From a virus, in the IMG/VR virus record IMGVR_UViG_3300045988_034366: a stretch of DNA of 64,000 bases, one strand, 5' to 3'. This document shows, piece after piece, positions 25,409 to 34,838 of the stretch; the first letter of the stretch is position 1; every line of letters begins with the position of its first letter. Both the position numbers and the translations under genes were made by a program. The notes under the pieces are model-generated. The model searched no databases and was not told where the DNA came from. It was given only the letters and a program-made list of their open reading frames with translations.

Positions 25409-26209
25409 TTACAATTTCGTCCTAGAAATTCTCACACTGATTAAGTGATTCTTTAATTCCTCATCACTTAACCTATTTAACCAGTTCACACTGTCAAAAG
25501 TGAATAGGGGGTTCTTCTTGAAGAGTACATGTAAGTATTTTACCTCTTTGTCACTAGTAGAACCCTCTGGAGGATTCTCTCCATTTCCACTAATACGCCA
25601 AATTCTTAAGGCACTATCCTGTAAGGGGTATTTAAATCTCATTGGCTTAACCCCTACTCCAAAAGGAGTTACACAGTACCCATTTCTAATCTGAATTAAC
25701 TGCCTTTCTCTATTTGAGTCCAGTACATTCTCCAGTTCATAGTAGCCATCTTTAGCTACTTCAGCAACTACACTAAGTATATTGTTAGAAATATAAGGAG
25801 TCAAGATGCAAGATTTATTATTATCTTCACCAAATGGGTCAACCCCAGCAAGAGTATTTTCTGAAAGGACCTCTATTGGTCTTCCATATCCATCTGCAAT
25901 GTGTATGTTGAATACTTTAGCACTTTTATATTGAAAGATACTTTTCTTGCCAAGAGTTAAACTAATACTTGCATTACCATTTTTCTCAGATATATGCAGT
26001 CTTGCCTTTACCACAGTATCAACTATCTCAGGTCTTTTCTCCTTCTCCTCTTCTAGACCTCCTATATTGACCAATTTTCCATCTATATTCTCTATAAGAG
26101 CTACTCTATTATCTTGTAACTCCTTGACCAATATCTCATCTTGGTTTGTAAGATTGGCATCTCCTTCAACCAATCTCTTCCCCTTTATGTTGAATATTCT
26201 CCTTTTCAT
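25409..26209 (-). CDS. hypothetical protein (orphan gene in strand-switch region)
   Basis: 266-aa ORF. The -7 box ends only 4 nt before the ATG, so the mRNA may be leaderless. Confidence 0.65.
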   Translation of the reverse strand: MKRRIFNIKGKRLVEGDANLTNQDEILVKELQDNRVALIENIDGKLVNIGGLEEEKEKRPEIVDTVVKARLHISEKNGNASISLTLGKKSIFQYKSAKVFNIHIADGYGRPIEVLSENTLAGVDPFGEDNNKSCILTPYISNNILSVVAEVAKDGYYELENVLDSNRERQLIQIRNGYCVTPFGVGVKPMRFKYPLQDSALRIWRISGNGENPPEGSTSDKEVKYLHVLFKKNPLFTFDSVNWLNRLSDEELKNHLISVRISRTKL

Positions 26210-26245
26210 GCTGCAAAGATACTACTATAGTTTTAACTATGCAAG
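26210..26245 (-). promoter_or_regulatory. Bacteroidota-type promoter (-7 TATCTTTG, -33 CTTG)
   Basis: The reverse complement of 26214-26221 is TATCTTTG, which abuts the start codon at 26209-26207. Confidence 0.55.
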
Positions 26246-26338
26246 TACAAAAAAAAAATTACTTATACTATGGATAGTAAATTTCTAATTTTTTTTTTTG
26301 AAAAATTTTTGATATTTGTAGGAGTGGTTGATAATATA

Positions 26339-26354
26339 CCCATCACTCCTCCCC
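26339..26354 (+). promoter_or_regulatory. degenerate copy of the CATCACTCCTCC motif
   Basis: Reads CCCATCACTCCTCCCC, 65 nt upstream of ATG 26419. It is preceded by the partially complementary GGAGTGGTTG. Confidence 0.4.
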
Positions 26355-26418
26355 TGTTATTGAGAATGGGATATATCCCCCTGTCATCAACATTATTCAC
26401 CTAATAAATTCAACAACA

Positions 26419-26691
26419 ATGAAAAAGTTTGTAGAGACAACCCTGTCCTCAGTAATGGGTAAAGCTGAAATCAACGCTTTCCTATCAACTAAAGAAGGTC
26501 TAGAATACCTTCTTGCCATTGCAGACAACAGAGTACTGTTACCATGCCACGCAATTCCTGAAGAGCCTACTCCTATGAGTGTGAGAACTGCTGTTAGTTT
26601 AGCATATTCCCATGTTAAATACCTTAAAGAGTATGAAGATTGGCGCATTGCTTGCATGGAAGATGTACAAAATCAGATGCACTGTAGCTAA
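26419..26691 (+). CDS. hypothetical early protein
   Basis: 90-aa ORF, the first gene of the plus-strand block. Preferred over the antisense ORF 26397..26657. Confidence 0.55.
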   Translation: MKKFVETTLSSVMGKAEINAFLSTKEGLEYLLAIADNRVLLPCHAIPEEPTPMSVRTAVSLAYSHVKYLKEYEDWRIACMEDVQNQMHCS

Positions 26692-26752
26692 GTAAATAGG
26701 ATGATAAGGAGGAGCACATAACTTCTCCTTATCACTTGATAAACATAATCAT

Positions 26753-26989
26753 ATGAAGAAAAACATTCTACTTTGCTTACTTGTTGCTATTGCATCATTT
26801 ACAGCAGGCTTTATGGTGTGCCAAAACACCACAGTTAAACAGCAGTCCAACCTCATAGAAGCTTATGATGCTTATAATAAGCACACTGAAGAGCTGTTAG
26901 ATACATTGAATAGTCAGTATAATTGGGTTGATGCTTTTGACCCTTATGACTATTATGAGTCTAGAGAGAAGTTGGATTCATTAATTTAA
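26753..26989 (+). CDS. small secreted/membrane-anchored protein
   Basis: 78 aa with an N-terminal signal-like segment (MKKNILLCLLVAIASFTAGFMVC). Confidence 0.55.
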   Translation: MKKNILLCLLVAIASFTAGFMVCQNTTVKQQSNLIEAYDAYNKHTEELLDTLNSQYNWVDAFDPYDYYESREKLDSLI

Positions 26990-27005
26990 GCTCATCACTC
27001 CTCCT
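26988..27005 (+). promoter_or_regulatory. conserved motif AGCTCATCACTCCTCCTT (copy 2)
   Basis: Exact 18-mer, 74 nt upstream of ATG 27079. Confidence 0.5.
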
Positions 27006-27078
27006 TTACATTTGAATTAACTTTAACTTGGGTGTGCTTGATACCCTAAATAAGTCCTAAAGGCATAGGCATTATCTT

Positions 27079-27357
27079 ATGGAAAAGATTGAGAGAGGAA
27101 CTATTATAGAAATTAAAGTTCCTAACGTAGAAAAGCCTATTAAGGCTGTAGTACTTGATGTTATAGAAAATTACGCTAGTGACTATAGTGCTTGCTATGT
27201 GTATATTTTGTGTGCACAGAAGAGAATCTTTAGAGCTTTTAACTGGTGGCATTGGGTTGTTGATAAAGGAGAAAGCTATAAAGATTGGTCAGACTTTATT
27301 TATGATGGTATTATCGTAGAGTATTGTGAAATACCTGAAATCCCATCATATATTTAA
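27079..27357 (+). CDS. hypothetical early protein
   Basis: 92-aa ORF followed by a terminator. Confidence 0.55.
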   Translation: MEKIERGTIIEIKVPNVEKPIKAVVLDVIENYASDYSACYVYILCAQKRIFRAFNWWHWVVDKGESYKDWSDFIYDGIIVEYCEIPEIPSYI

Positions 27358-27377
27358 GCTAAGGAAATAAATAGATT

Positions 27378-27410
27378 AGGGACGGGAATAATCCTGTCCC
27401 TTTTCTTTTT
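27378..27410 (+). terminator. intrinsic terminator
   Basis: Reads GGGACGGG-AATAAT-CCTGTCCC followed by TTTTCTTTTT. Confidence 0.75.
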
Positions 27411-27476
27411 GAAGAGTCAGGTAGGAGCAATATCACAAAAAGGTAAAAGCAATAATAGGTATCAGCAATGTTTTAC

Positions 27477-27500
27477 CAGCACAGCTCATCACTCCTCCTT
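27477..27500 (+). promoter_or_regulatory. conserved motif CAGCACAGCTCATCACTCCTCCTT (copy 3)
   Basis: Exact 24-mer, repeated exactly 100 bp downstream. Confidence 0.5.
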
Positions 27501-27576
27501 GGTGCTTGGGCTGGTGGGGAATGATAAGAGCTATAAGATATTATGTATCTAATAGATGATATTAGGTATATGATAT

Positions 27577-27600
27577 CAGCACAGCTCATCACTCCTCCTT
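27577..27600 (+). promoter_or_regulatory. conserved motif CAGCACAGCTCATCACTCCTCCTT (copy 4)
   Basis: Exact 24-mer, 130 nt upstream of ATG 27730. Confidence 0.5.
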
Positions 27601-27729
27601 AGCTCCTGACACACTGCATTAGCAATGTGTTATAATTTATCATTTATCAATTAACAATTAGCAAATAACATTTGCTTTATTGCCTAAAGAATAAGGAACC
27701 CTTGGCAATAATATTATAGGGATAAGGCT

Positions 27730-28011
27730 ATGAATATCTTTTCAAGTCTTCGAGTTTATGCTGGTAAATGGATGTTGAAATCCTCAAGAGCTTTTACGCA
27801 GGAAGAGCAGGATGCAGTATCTTCTGCAACTGTAGTAGCCAGTCAGTATGGCAATAGTGTTTGCTTTATGATGAAGTCTGGAGGACAGACTTTTATCCCA
27901 CTTGACCAAAGCTCTAGTCTTGGAGTTGGGGAAAGTGTAGACCTCTCTAAGGCAGAGTTGATTACTCTTGAGAAAGATGGGGAGGCTGACATTAATAGAG
28001 TAAAGATTTAA
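27730..28011 (+). CDS. hypothetical early protein
   Basis: 93-aa ORF followed by a long hairpin terminator. Confidence 0.55.
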   Translation: MNIFSSLRVYAGKWMLKSSRAFTQEEQDAVSSATVVASQYGNSVCFMMKSGGQTFIPLDQSSSLGVGESVDLSKAELITLEKDGEADINRVKI

Positions 28012-28024
28012 GTCTCTCATAGAT

Positions 28025-28066
28025 AAACTACTATTGCCACATAGTGTGGTGATAGTAGTTTTTATT
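28025..28066 (+). terminator. intrinsic terminator
   Basis: Outer stem AAACTACTAT...ATAGTAGTTT with an inner CCACA-TAG-TGTGG stem, followed by a T run. Confidence 0.7.
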
Positions 28067-28310
28067 CTTTAGGTAATAGCAATAATTCACTCTATTTCAA
28101 TAGCTTATACTGTTATGTTAGACTATTTATTAGTGGCTGGCTTGATATCCCTCTTCATGCTTTTAGCAATATGGGAAGACCAACAAAACAAGTAAGAATC
28201 ATAGAAACATAGCTATTTATACTGATAACCAAAAGAGTATAACTATTATAACAACAATGTTTTACTCAATAATTCCTGTATCAATAGATGTTAAAATAAA
28301 CATATTCCCT

Positions 28311-28535
28311 ATGAACAAATTCAAACTCATATTAAAAGGAGTGTTGTTATGGACAACAGCCTTTGCAGTTACACTATTTATATCAGGGATAGATGGAATA
28401 CCATTCTCTTATATAATAGTATCTCTTATAGTTATTCCAATACTCTGCTATACCTGTTATAAGGTAATATCAGAAGATGAATTGGAAACACTAACACTTT
28501 GCAAATACTTCGGTATAAGCATTAAAGAAAAATAG
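28311..28535 (+). CDS. small membrane protein
   Basis: 74 aa counted from ATG 28311. The track start at 28257 is also possible. Two hydrophobic spans. Confidence 0.5.
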   Translation: MNKFKLILKGVLLWTTAFAVTLFISGIDGIPFSYIIVSLIVIPILCYTCYKVISEDELETLTLCKYFGISIKEK

Positions 28536-28536
28536 T

Positions 28537-28725
28537 ATGACAACTGATAGACAAAAAGCTAGTGTTCACTTTTGTGAACAATGGCTTAACATTACCTTCA
28601 ATGGTGATATTGAAAATAGATACCAAGTCTCAATATTCTTAGGTGAATACCTACAGGAAGCTAAAGACTTATATAATGAGTTAAGATGTGAATATGAAGC
28701 ATACCTTTGGGATTTAGAAGATTAA
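28537..28725 (+). CDS. hypothetical protein
   Basis: 62-aa ORF, tightly packed with its neighbours. Confidence 0.45.
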   Translation: MTTDRQKASVHFCEQWLNITFNGDIENRYQVSIFLGEYLQEAKDLYNELRCEYEAYLWDLED

Positions 28726-28729
28726 AATA

Positions 28730-28960
28730 ATGAGAAAAAGATTCAACACTGAAAGAATTTGTAGTTCAGAGAACTATGAGTTCTCACAGAGATACCATAA
28801 AAGAATATTAACCACTAATCACAATAATAAAGAAGTAATTACTCTGTCATCTAAAGTAAAAATAACCAAGACATATTATACATATGTATTTGGCAAAAAA
28901 GTACAAATAAAGAAAACAGAGTTATCTCATTATGAAGGGTTTAATATTTATACTGAATAA
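28730..28960 (+). CDS. hypothetical basic protein
   Basis: 76-aa ORF. Confidence 0.45.
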   Translation: MRKRFNTERICSSENYEFSQRYHKRILTTNHNNKEVITLSSKVKITKTYYTYVFGKKVQIKKTELSHYEGFNIYTE

Positions 28961-28999
28961 TAATAAAATAACTAACAATCAGTATTTATACTGAATATA

Positions 29000-29071
29000 G
29001 CTCCTATAGTTCAATGGATAGAATAACTCTCTCCTAAAGAGTAGATACAGGTTCAATTCCTGTTGGGAGTA
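29000..29071 (+). tRNA. tRNA-Arg (anticodon CCT)
   Basis: Acceptor GCTCCTA/TGGGAGT, anticodon arm ACTCT-CTCCTAA-AGAGT, T arm ACAGG-TTCAATT-CCTGT. Confidence 0.85.
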
Positions 29072-29198
29072 CAATAATAACAAGGTATTTACTCATATAA
29101 GGTAAATTGATTGTGTTTATTAGGTAATGTGTTAGAATTTTAATCGGTGACTTATTGTCACTACAGCATGATGGTCTGTGAAGATAGTCATGCTTAAT

Positions 29199-29270
29199 GT
29201 CTCCATAGTTCAAGGGATAGAACAATAGTCTTCTAAACTATATATCTGAGTTCGAGTCTCAGTGGAGATA
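29199..29270 (+). tRNA. tRNA-Arg (anticodon TCT), second copy
   Basis: D arm GTTC/GAAC, anticodon arm ATAGT-CTTCTAA-ACTAT, T arm CTGAG-TTCGAGT-CTCAG. Confidence 0.85.
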
Positions 29271-29479
29271 CTATGAGTCCACTGTACTCCTTTCATAATG
29301 ACTATAAATAGTATAGAAAAGGATGCTAATAGGTAAGCTATTACCACTTAGTAAATGCAACAGCTTCAATGTGGGGATATAAAGAAGAAGCTACGTGACT
29401 TAAATACAAAATTCAATAGGAAAGCTGTATGACTTTGTTAGGACATTCTTTCAATATGAAATGAATCCATTTTTATTAA

Positions 29480-29553
29480 GGGCCTATAGCTCAAGTGGTT
29501 AGAGCAACACACTCATAATGTGAAGGTTTAGGGTTCAAATCCCTATTGGCCCA
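29480..29553 (+). tRNA. tRNA-Met or Ile2 (anticodon CAT), third copy
   Basis: Acceptor GGGCCTA/TTGGCCC, D arm GCTC/GAGC, anticodon loop CTCATAA, T arm TAGGG-TTCAAAT-CCCTA. Confidence 0.85.
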
Positions 29554-29730
29554 CGCTGGTTTACAATATCTAATAAGTTTCCCGAAGCACATTAGAACAA
29601 CTCTACGGAGCTAATGTGAGTCTTCAAAATTAACTTGGTGAAATGATATATCCTAGAGGCTTCTCACTGATGCTAAAGTGATTTTAAAATATTTATTACT
29701 AACACAAATTAATAATTAAAATAAAAGTAT

Positions 29731-29970
29731 ATGACTGACAAGAGATTTAAAGAGGCAGAAGAGATAAATAGAAATATAAAGCAAATTAAGGATGAATTAA
29801 ATTTTTTAAAACGATGTGATTATTGTTGTATAAAATTATATGATGATATTAGCAATCACATACAGGCTAAGGAGCTTAATTCCATACCTGCATCTATCAT
29901 TTATAAATTTGCTTTTGAATATTTTACTAAAGAGTTGACTAGATTAGAAGAACAACTTAAATGTATATAA
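29731..29970 (+). CDS. hypothetical coiled-coil protein
   Basis: 79-aa ORF. Confidence 0.5.
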   Translation: MTDKRFKEAEEINRNIKQIKDELNFLKRCDYCCIKLYDDISNHIQAKELNSIPASIIYKFAFEYFTKELTRLEEQLKCI

Positions 29971-29985
29971 TAAACAAATAAGAAT

Positions 29986-30300
29986 ATGACAACAAAGAAA
30001 AGATGGACTGAGGAAGAAGATAAACTTTTAGTCCAAGCTATTACAGCTAATCCTACAAACATTAAAGAAGCTTTAATACAAGTAAGTAAGACTCTTGATA
30101 GAACATTTTATGCTTGTCATTTCAGATGGTATCGTGTACTATCTATTACACAAAATTCAACAAAGGCTAGCACTTTATTTATGACAGTAGGAAGTAAAAC
30201 TGTATATAAAAATAGAAAGAATAGCAGCAGTAATTCTACAACAAAACCAATTAAAAGTAATTTATGGAATACAATAAAGAAATTCTTAAAAATAAAATGA
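29986..30300 (+). CDS. Myb/SANT-like DNA-binding protein
   Basis: 104 aa. RWTEEEDKLLVQAI...RTFYACHFRWYRVL follows the Myb-repeat Trp spacing. Basic tail. Confidence 0.5.
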   Translation: MTTKKRWTEEEDKLLVQAITANPTNIKEALIQVSKTLDRTFYACHFRWYRVLSITQNSTKASTLFMTVGSKTVYKNRKNSSSNSTTKPIKSNLWNTIKKFLKIK

Positions 30301-30327
30301 AACCACCTATTAAATATTAAAGACAAT

Positions 30328-30642
30328 ATGAAATTCGTTATTACAGATGCTAGTCAATATGCTTCTGGGAAGAAAGGACTTTCTCCTGAATATATTGATA
30401 AATTAAAAGATAAATATACATTAGAAACAATTAGAGCAAAAACTGTTTTTAATAATATAGAAGAATTAACTTTAGTAACCATTAATGATATATATTCATT
30501 AGCAAGATTAAAAGATTTAGTAGGGCCATTTATTATAGGTTTAGATTTATGTCTGCCAGAAGAAATTGAAAACAAAATGGATTCAACTATAGTTATTTAT
30601 GATAGTTATATAGAAAGGGAAGGATGTTCATGCTGTTGTTGA
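30328..30642 (+). CDS. hypothetical protein
   Basis: 104-aa ORF ending in CSCCC. Confidence 0.5.
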   Translation: MKFVITDASQYASGKKGLSPEYIDKLKDKYTLETIRAKTVFNNIEELTLVTINDIYSLARLKDLVGPFIIGLDLCLPEEIENKMDSTIVIYDSYIEREGCSCCC

Positions 30643-30843
30643 AATTATTTCAACAATTGGACTTTTATTAGATGCCAAGGAATTGGTAGGTATGATGGAG
30701 TGTTTCAAGGAAATCTTACTTAAAAAAGTAAGAAGAGAATTACTTAAGAGTGCTAAAAAAGGAGAGATTATTATACCAGATGCAATGTCCTTTGCTCTTA
30801 TGCTCAAAGAATTTATGGGGAAAGATTAACTCTTTTATATACA

Positions 30844-31218
30844 ATGAATGAAATCAAAGTAAGTGTAAGCATTGTACTTCGAGGAAGTATTCTGCTTACC
30901 CAAGAGGAGGCTGAAACTCTTGAGAAAGAACAGCCAAAGAGTGGTTTTGAGAAGCATACTCAAGTAGTAGAAAACCCAAATGGGAAAAACAAGCAGGTTA
31001 TACACTATCAGACTAGAAAGTGTAGAACTGCCAGTCAATCTGTGAAGATATGCAAGGAAGCATATTTTCATATGATTGACAAGTCTGCTTGCCCTGAATG
31101 GGAAAAGATGAGCAAGTGGGCTTCCAAGAGCAATAAGGAGAGACTTGAATCTCACTTGCAGAAACTTACTGAGCATCTTGGGGGAATTTCATTTACCTAT
31201 AAGGTGTTTGAAGACTAA
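30844..31218 (+). CDS. hypothetical protein
   Basis: 124-aa ORF followed by a terminator. The antisense ORF 30835..31176 was rejected. Confidence 0.55.
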   Translation: MNEIKVSVSIVLRGSILLTQEEAETLEKEQPKSGFEKHTQVVENPNGKNKQVIHYQTRKCRTASQSVKICKEAYFHMIDKSACPEWEKMSKWASKSNKERLESHLQKLTEHLGGISFTYKVFED

Positions 31219-31226
31219 GAAACCAC

Positions 31227-31266
31227 AGAGGAGGATGAAGCATAGTCTTTATCCTCCTTTCTTTTT
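31227..31266 (+). terminator. intrinsic terminator
   Basis: Stem GAGGAGGAT...ATCCTCCT followed by TTCTTTTT. Confidence 0.7.
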
Positions 31267-31480
31267 GCAACCTATTTAATTAGTAACTAAAATGCTTAGA
31301 TATGTGTGGTATAATAGTATTAGGAATAATTATATTCTTCCTAATTATAAAGATACTACTTAGGTATAAACCAAGGTTTGACTTAGTAATATCTGGTAAC
31401 GGATTTATATTATTATTGTGGTATAATAAATATGATGATAACAATATAAAGAAAAGAGTTTACATAAAACTATTTTGACT

Positions 31481-32233
31481 ATGCTGGAATTTGAATTAAA
31501 GAGAAGCAAGAAAGGTAAGAGGTCAAGATGGGCTAAAAAGTACCCAAGGAAGAGAATATTAAAGAAAGGCAGTGAGAAAGCTGCTGGATGGTATTTTCAC
31601 AATTGGTATGATGATAATTATCATTATTTCCACGGAGATTTGCATAAATTCCTGTTGCAGAATGTAGGCAGACCAGTAGATAAGGTATTCTCTGAGTTCT
31701 TGCAAAGATGTAGAAAAGGGACTGAGAAGTATAACTTAAAAGAACAATTCTATGATATGTTTGAAGAAAAAGAGGACATAGACTATAGAGGAGGTTTCTA
31801 CTTGTCTAATGGTATTATCAATTACAAGAAGAGAAGCAAAAGACCTAAAGGTTCTTATGTCCCATCATCTCTTATATTATCACAATTCAATACTCAGAAT
31901 CTTCCGAGTAAAAGAAAGTTGTATAATATATGTGAGAGAGCCAAGGAGACACATAAGAAGCAACTTCTTGGTACATTCTACATCTCAACTGGTTTATACA
32001 AATCAAGAAAGGCTACAGTTTATGTAGCAGTAAAGTCAGATTACAAGACATCTTGCTTTTACATGAATATTGCTAATATAGTAGAGGTAGGATTAGGTAT
32101 TAGGTTCTATGTACAGAGAACACAAGATGGGAAAGAATATATTGACCCAAAGTACATCACTTACTATGAGTATAAATGGTTAAGTAACAAGGAGTTACCT
32201 GACTATGTATTTCTGACTAAAGAAGGAGACTAA
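31481..32233 (+). CDS. hypothetical basic protein
   Basis: 250 aa counted from ATG 31481. The track start at 31475 is a TTG. Confidence 0.6.
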   Translation: MLEFELKRSKKGKRSRWAKKYPRKRILKKGSEKAAGWYFHNWYDDNYHYFHGDLHKFLLQNVGRPVDKVFSEFLQRCRKGTEKYNLKEQFYDMFEEKEDIDYRGGFYLSNGIINYKKRSKRPKGSYVPSSLILSQFNTQNLPSKRKLYNICERAKETHKKQLLGTFYISTGLYKSRKATVYVAVKSDYKTSCFYMNIANIVEVGLGIRFYVQRTQDGKEYIDPKYITYYEYKWLSNKELPDYVFLTKEGD

Positions 32234-32277
32234 AGTCTCATTGACTAAATCAACATAAGTTTAACAAAAAAAAAAGC

Positions 32278-32586
32278 ATGAAGACAATCTTAGTAGTTTA
32301 TACTAATACTGCTCTAACAGCGAAGCAGATTAGTGACAGAAAGATGCAGAAGTATGTCTTTAGGACTGAAGAGGACTTCAAAGAGGGAGACTTGATTGAG
32401 TCAAAGGCATATTCAAGCAAGATGCAGGTAGTTGATGTCATTGACAATGACTACAAATATTATAACTCTTCCACTGGTGAGCTGAGGAATGACATCAACT
32501 CAACTAGATGCTATCCTATCAAGAAGATAGTACTTAGGGAGGACGATGAACTCACTGTGTATGCTGCAAAATGCAATGCGGAATAA
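32278..32586 (+). CDS. hypothetical protein
   Basis: 102-aa ORF. Confidence 0.55.
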   Translation: MKTILVVYTNTALTAKQISDRKMQKYVFRTEEDFKEGDLIESKAYSSKMQVVDVIDNDYKYYNSSTGELRNDINSTRCYPIKKIVLREDDELTVYAAKCNAE

Positions 32587-32615
32587 AGTTATTTATGGAT
32601 TATTACTAAAAGTAT

Positions 32616-33107
32616 ATGGAACAGAAAGCATTTAACATAATTATCTCTATTGCAGTGCTGGCAATGGGATTTATCTTATGCTTGGATTGTGGAGGGAAAA
32701 GAGAGTATAAGCCCCCTGAAGTGAAAGTAGACTCTTTTGAGTATAGGCAAGACTTTCATAGTAAATCTCCAGAAGATGGATTGATGGAAGCATTAATATA
32801 CTATGAAGTGCAACATCCTCAAATAGTATATGCACAAGCTCTTATTGAGACTGGTAACTTCAAGTCCAATTTATGTCTGAATAATAATAATCTGTTTGGA
32901 CTTTATAATAGTAGTAGGGGCAGATATCATAGATTTGACCATTGGACAGAGTCTGTGATAGCCTATAAGGTTTTCATCCAACGCAGATATAAACCCCCGG
33001 AAAACTACTATAAGTTCCTGCAAAGAATAGGATATGCAGGAGACCCTAACTACATTAGTAAACTAAAGAAAGTTGTAAACAAGAATGACACGAGAAGAAG
33101 TGAATAA
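32616..33107 (+). CDS. membrane-anchored glucosaminidase (GH73/FlgJ-like) peptidoglycan hydrolase
   Basis: 163 aa with an N-terminal TM segment. AQALIETGNFKS...NNNLFGLY...YHRFDHW resembles the GH73 catalytic-Glu block and the NNxFG block. Confidence 0.5.
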   Translation: MEQKAFNIIISIAVLAMGFILCLDCGGKREYKPPEVKVDSFEYRQDFHSKSPEDGLMEALIYYEVQHPQIVYAQALIETGNFKSNLCLNNNNLFGLYNSSRGRYHRFDHWTESVIAYKVFIQRRYKPPENYYKFLQRIGYAGDPNYISKLKKVVNKNDTRRSE

Positions 33108-34233
33108 CTTGGCTTTATCTAAAATAGATGAAACTAAGTATCTGATACTGGAGCTTATCACTGGGTATGGCAAGACCAAAGTAGCAATAGACCTCATTAA
33201 TCATATATGTGATAGGGTATTCAGGAATGATGAAAGTCCTACTACTATACTTATTCTTGTAGCTAAGACTGTGCATAAGCAGACTTGGAAAGATGAGATT
33301 AAGAAGTGGGGAGGTATAAACTCAGACTGTATTACCATTGAATGCTATGAGTCTTTTAAGAACTATGAGAACTCATATTTTGATATTGTAGTAGCTGATG
33401 AGATGCAACATCTCTCAGAGGCGAGACTGAAAGTATTAGAATCTATTCATATCAATGAAGCTTTTATTGGCCTGTCTGCCACTATCAAGAGAGACATGAG
33501 GGACTACTTCATTCATAATCATAAGGCTGAGGTTATTAAGTGTGACCTCAAAGAAGCTGTTGAGGATGAGGTATTGCCTGAGCCTACAGTATATCTACTG
33601 CCTTTATCCTTGGATGTTAAAAGTTATACCTATAAATTCGAGAAAGTCAATAGATTTGGGCGTAGTATAATCACTACTCAGAAAGGTTACTATGATAGAA
33701 TCTCTTCACTTATAAAGTGGTACAAGAATAAGTACTCTGATTCAGGAAATAGAAGAATGAAGAACTTGTGGCTTTCTACTGCTGGCAAGAGACTGAAATG
33801 GTGTGCTGAACAGAAAGAAGCCCTTGTATTATCTCTTCTTGACAAATTCAGGAATTACAAGACTTTGACTTTCTGTAGTGGTATTGAGCAGTCAGAGAGG
33901 TTAGGTAAATACAATATCACCTCGAAGAACAAGGCTTCTGTAAAGAACCTTGAAATGTTTAATTCTAATAAGATTAAGCATATAACTGCTTGTAACATTC
34001 TCAATGAGGGTGTAAATCTGACTAATTGTAGGATAGGCATATTCTGCAACCTGAATAGTTCAGAGATTGTAGTCAAGCAAAGAGTAGGACGTATTCTTCG
34101 TCATAAATCTCCTATTATCATTATTCCCTACTTCAAGAATACTAGGGAAGAAGAGTTAGTAGAGAAGATGATTGAAGAGTACAGCAAAGACTCTATAATA
34201 ACCATAGATAATGTTAATGATATAAAACTATAG
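33085..34233 (+). CDS. SF2 DExH-box helicase
   Basis: 382 aa. Motifs: motif I TGYGKTK, motif II VVADEMQH, motif III LSAT, motif VI QRVGRILR. Confidence 0.75.
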   Translation: MTREEVNNLALSKIDETKYLILELITGYGKTKVAIDLINHICDRVFRNDESPTTILILVAKTVHKQTWKDEIKKWGGINSDCITIECYESFKNYENSYFDIVVADEMQHLSEARLKVLESIHINEAFIGLSATIKRDMRDYFIHNHKAEVIKCDLKEAVEDEVLPEPTVYLLPLSLDVKSYTYKFEKVNRFGRSIITTQKGYYDRISSLIKWYKNKYSDSGNRRMKNLWLSTAGKRLKWCAEQKEALVLSLLDKFRNYKTLTFCSGIEQSERLGKYNITSKNKASVKNLEMFNSNKIKHITACNILNEGVNLTNCRIGIFCNLNSSEIVVKQRVGRILRHKSPIIIIPYFKNTREEELVEKMIEEYSKDSIITIDNVNDIKL

Positions 34234-34237
34234 TCTG

Positions 34238-34837
34238 ATGAATTATATTATCAATGAAGATATCTGCATAAAGAAAGGTATGGATTTGCCATCCTTGCTT
34301 GCAGTGTTATTAGTGAAAACTGGAGTAAATATATCTAAACTATTTAATGACTTGGTAGAAAAACAGATATTAGTGAAAGATATGTTCTCTGGTGGATTCT
34401 TTGTCACACAAAGATGGAATAGTGTATGTTCAGACATCCTACTTAGTGCTGATAAGTCTGTACCCTCTGATGAAAGATTGGTTTCTCTAGTTGATAAGCT
34501 AATGGAAATATTTCCTAAAGGGAAGAAAGAAGGTACAACTGTATATTGGAGGGGAAATAGAAAAGACAACAAAGAGAGACTTCAGAAGTTCTTCAAATTG
34601 TATGGAAACAAGTACTCTGATGAACAGATTTTACATGCTGCCAGTGAGTATGTTAAGTCCTTTAATGGTCAATACAACTATATGAGGGCACTTAAATACT
34701 TCATATGGAAAGATGTGAGAAAGACTAACAGCAATAATGAAGGGTATATCGAAGAGGTGTCTGACTTAGCTTCTTACATAGAAAATGCTGGTCAGGAAGA
34801 AACTCTTAGAAATGACTGGGCTACAACATTAAGATAG
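34238..34837 (+). CDS. hypothetical replication-module protein
   Basis: 199-aa ORF between two helicase genes. Confidence 0.6.
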   Translation: MNYIINEDICIKKGMDLPSLLAVLLVKTGVNISKLFNDLVEKQILVKDMFSGGFFVTQRWNSVCSDILLSADKSVPSDERLVSLVDKLMEIFPKGKKEGTTVYWRGNRKDNKERLQKFFKLYGNKYSDEQILHAASEYVKSFNGQYNYMRALKYFIWKDVRKTNSNNEGYIEEVSDLASYIENAGQEETLRNDWATTLR

Positions 34838-34838
34838 T

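Noticed and set aside
26397-26657. Minus-strand 86-aa ORF overlapping the 26419..26691 plus-strand ORF
   Set aside because: Only one of the two can be real. The plus-strand ORF starts the co-oriented early block, has an upstream motif and has the more protein-like composition.
27477-27600. CRISPR-like array (identical 24-mers 100 bp apart; also the 15-bp repeats at 55-129)
   Set aside because: There are only two identical copies with a 76-bp spacer and no further units. The 15-bp units are contiguous coding repeats. No cas genes are present.
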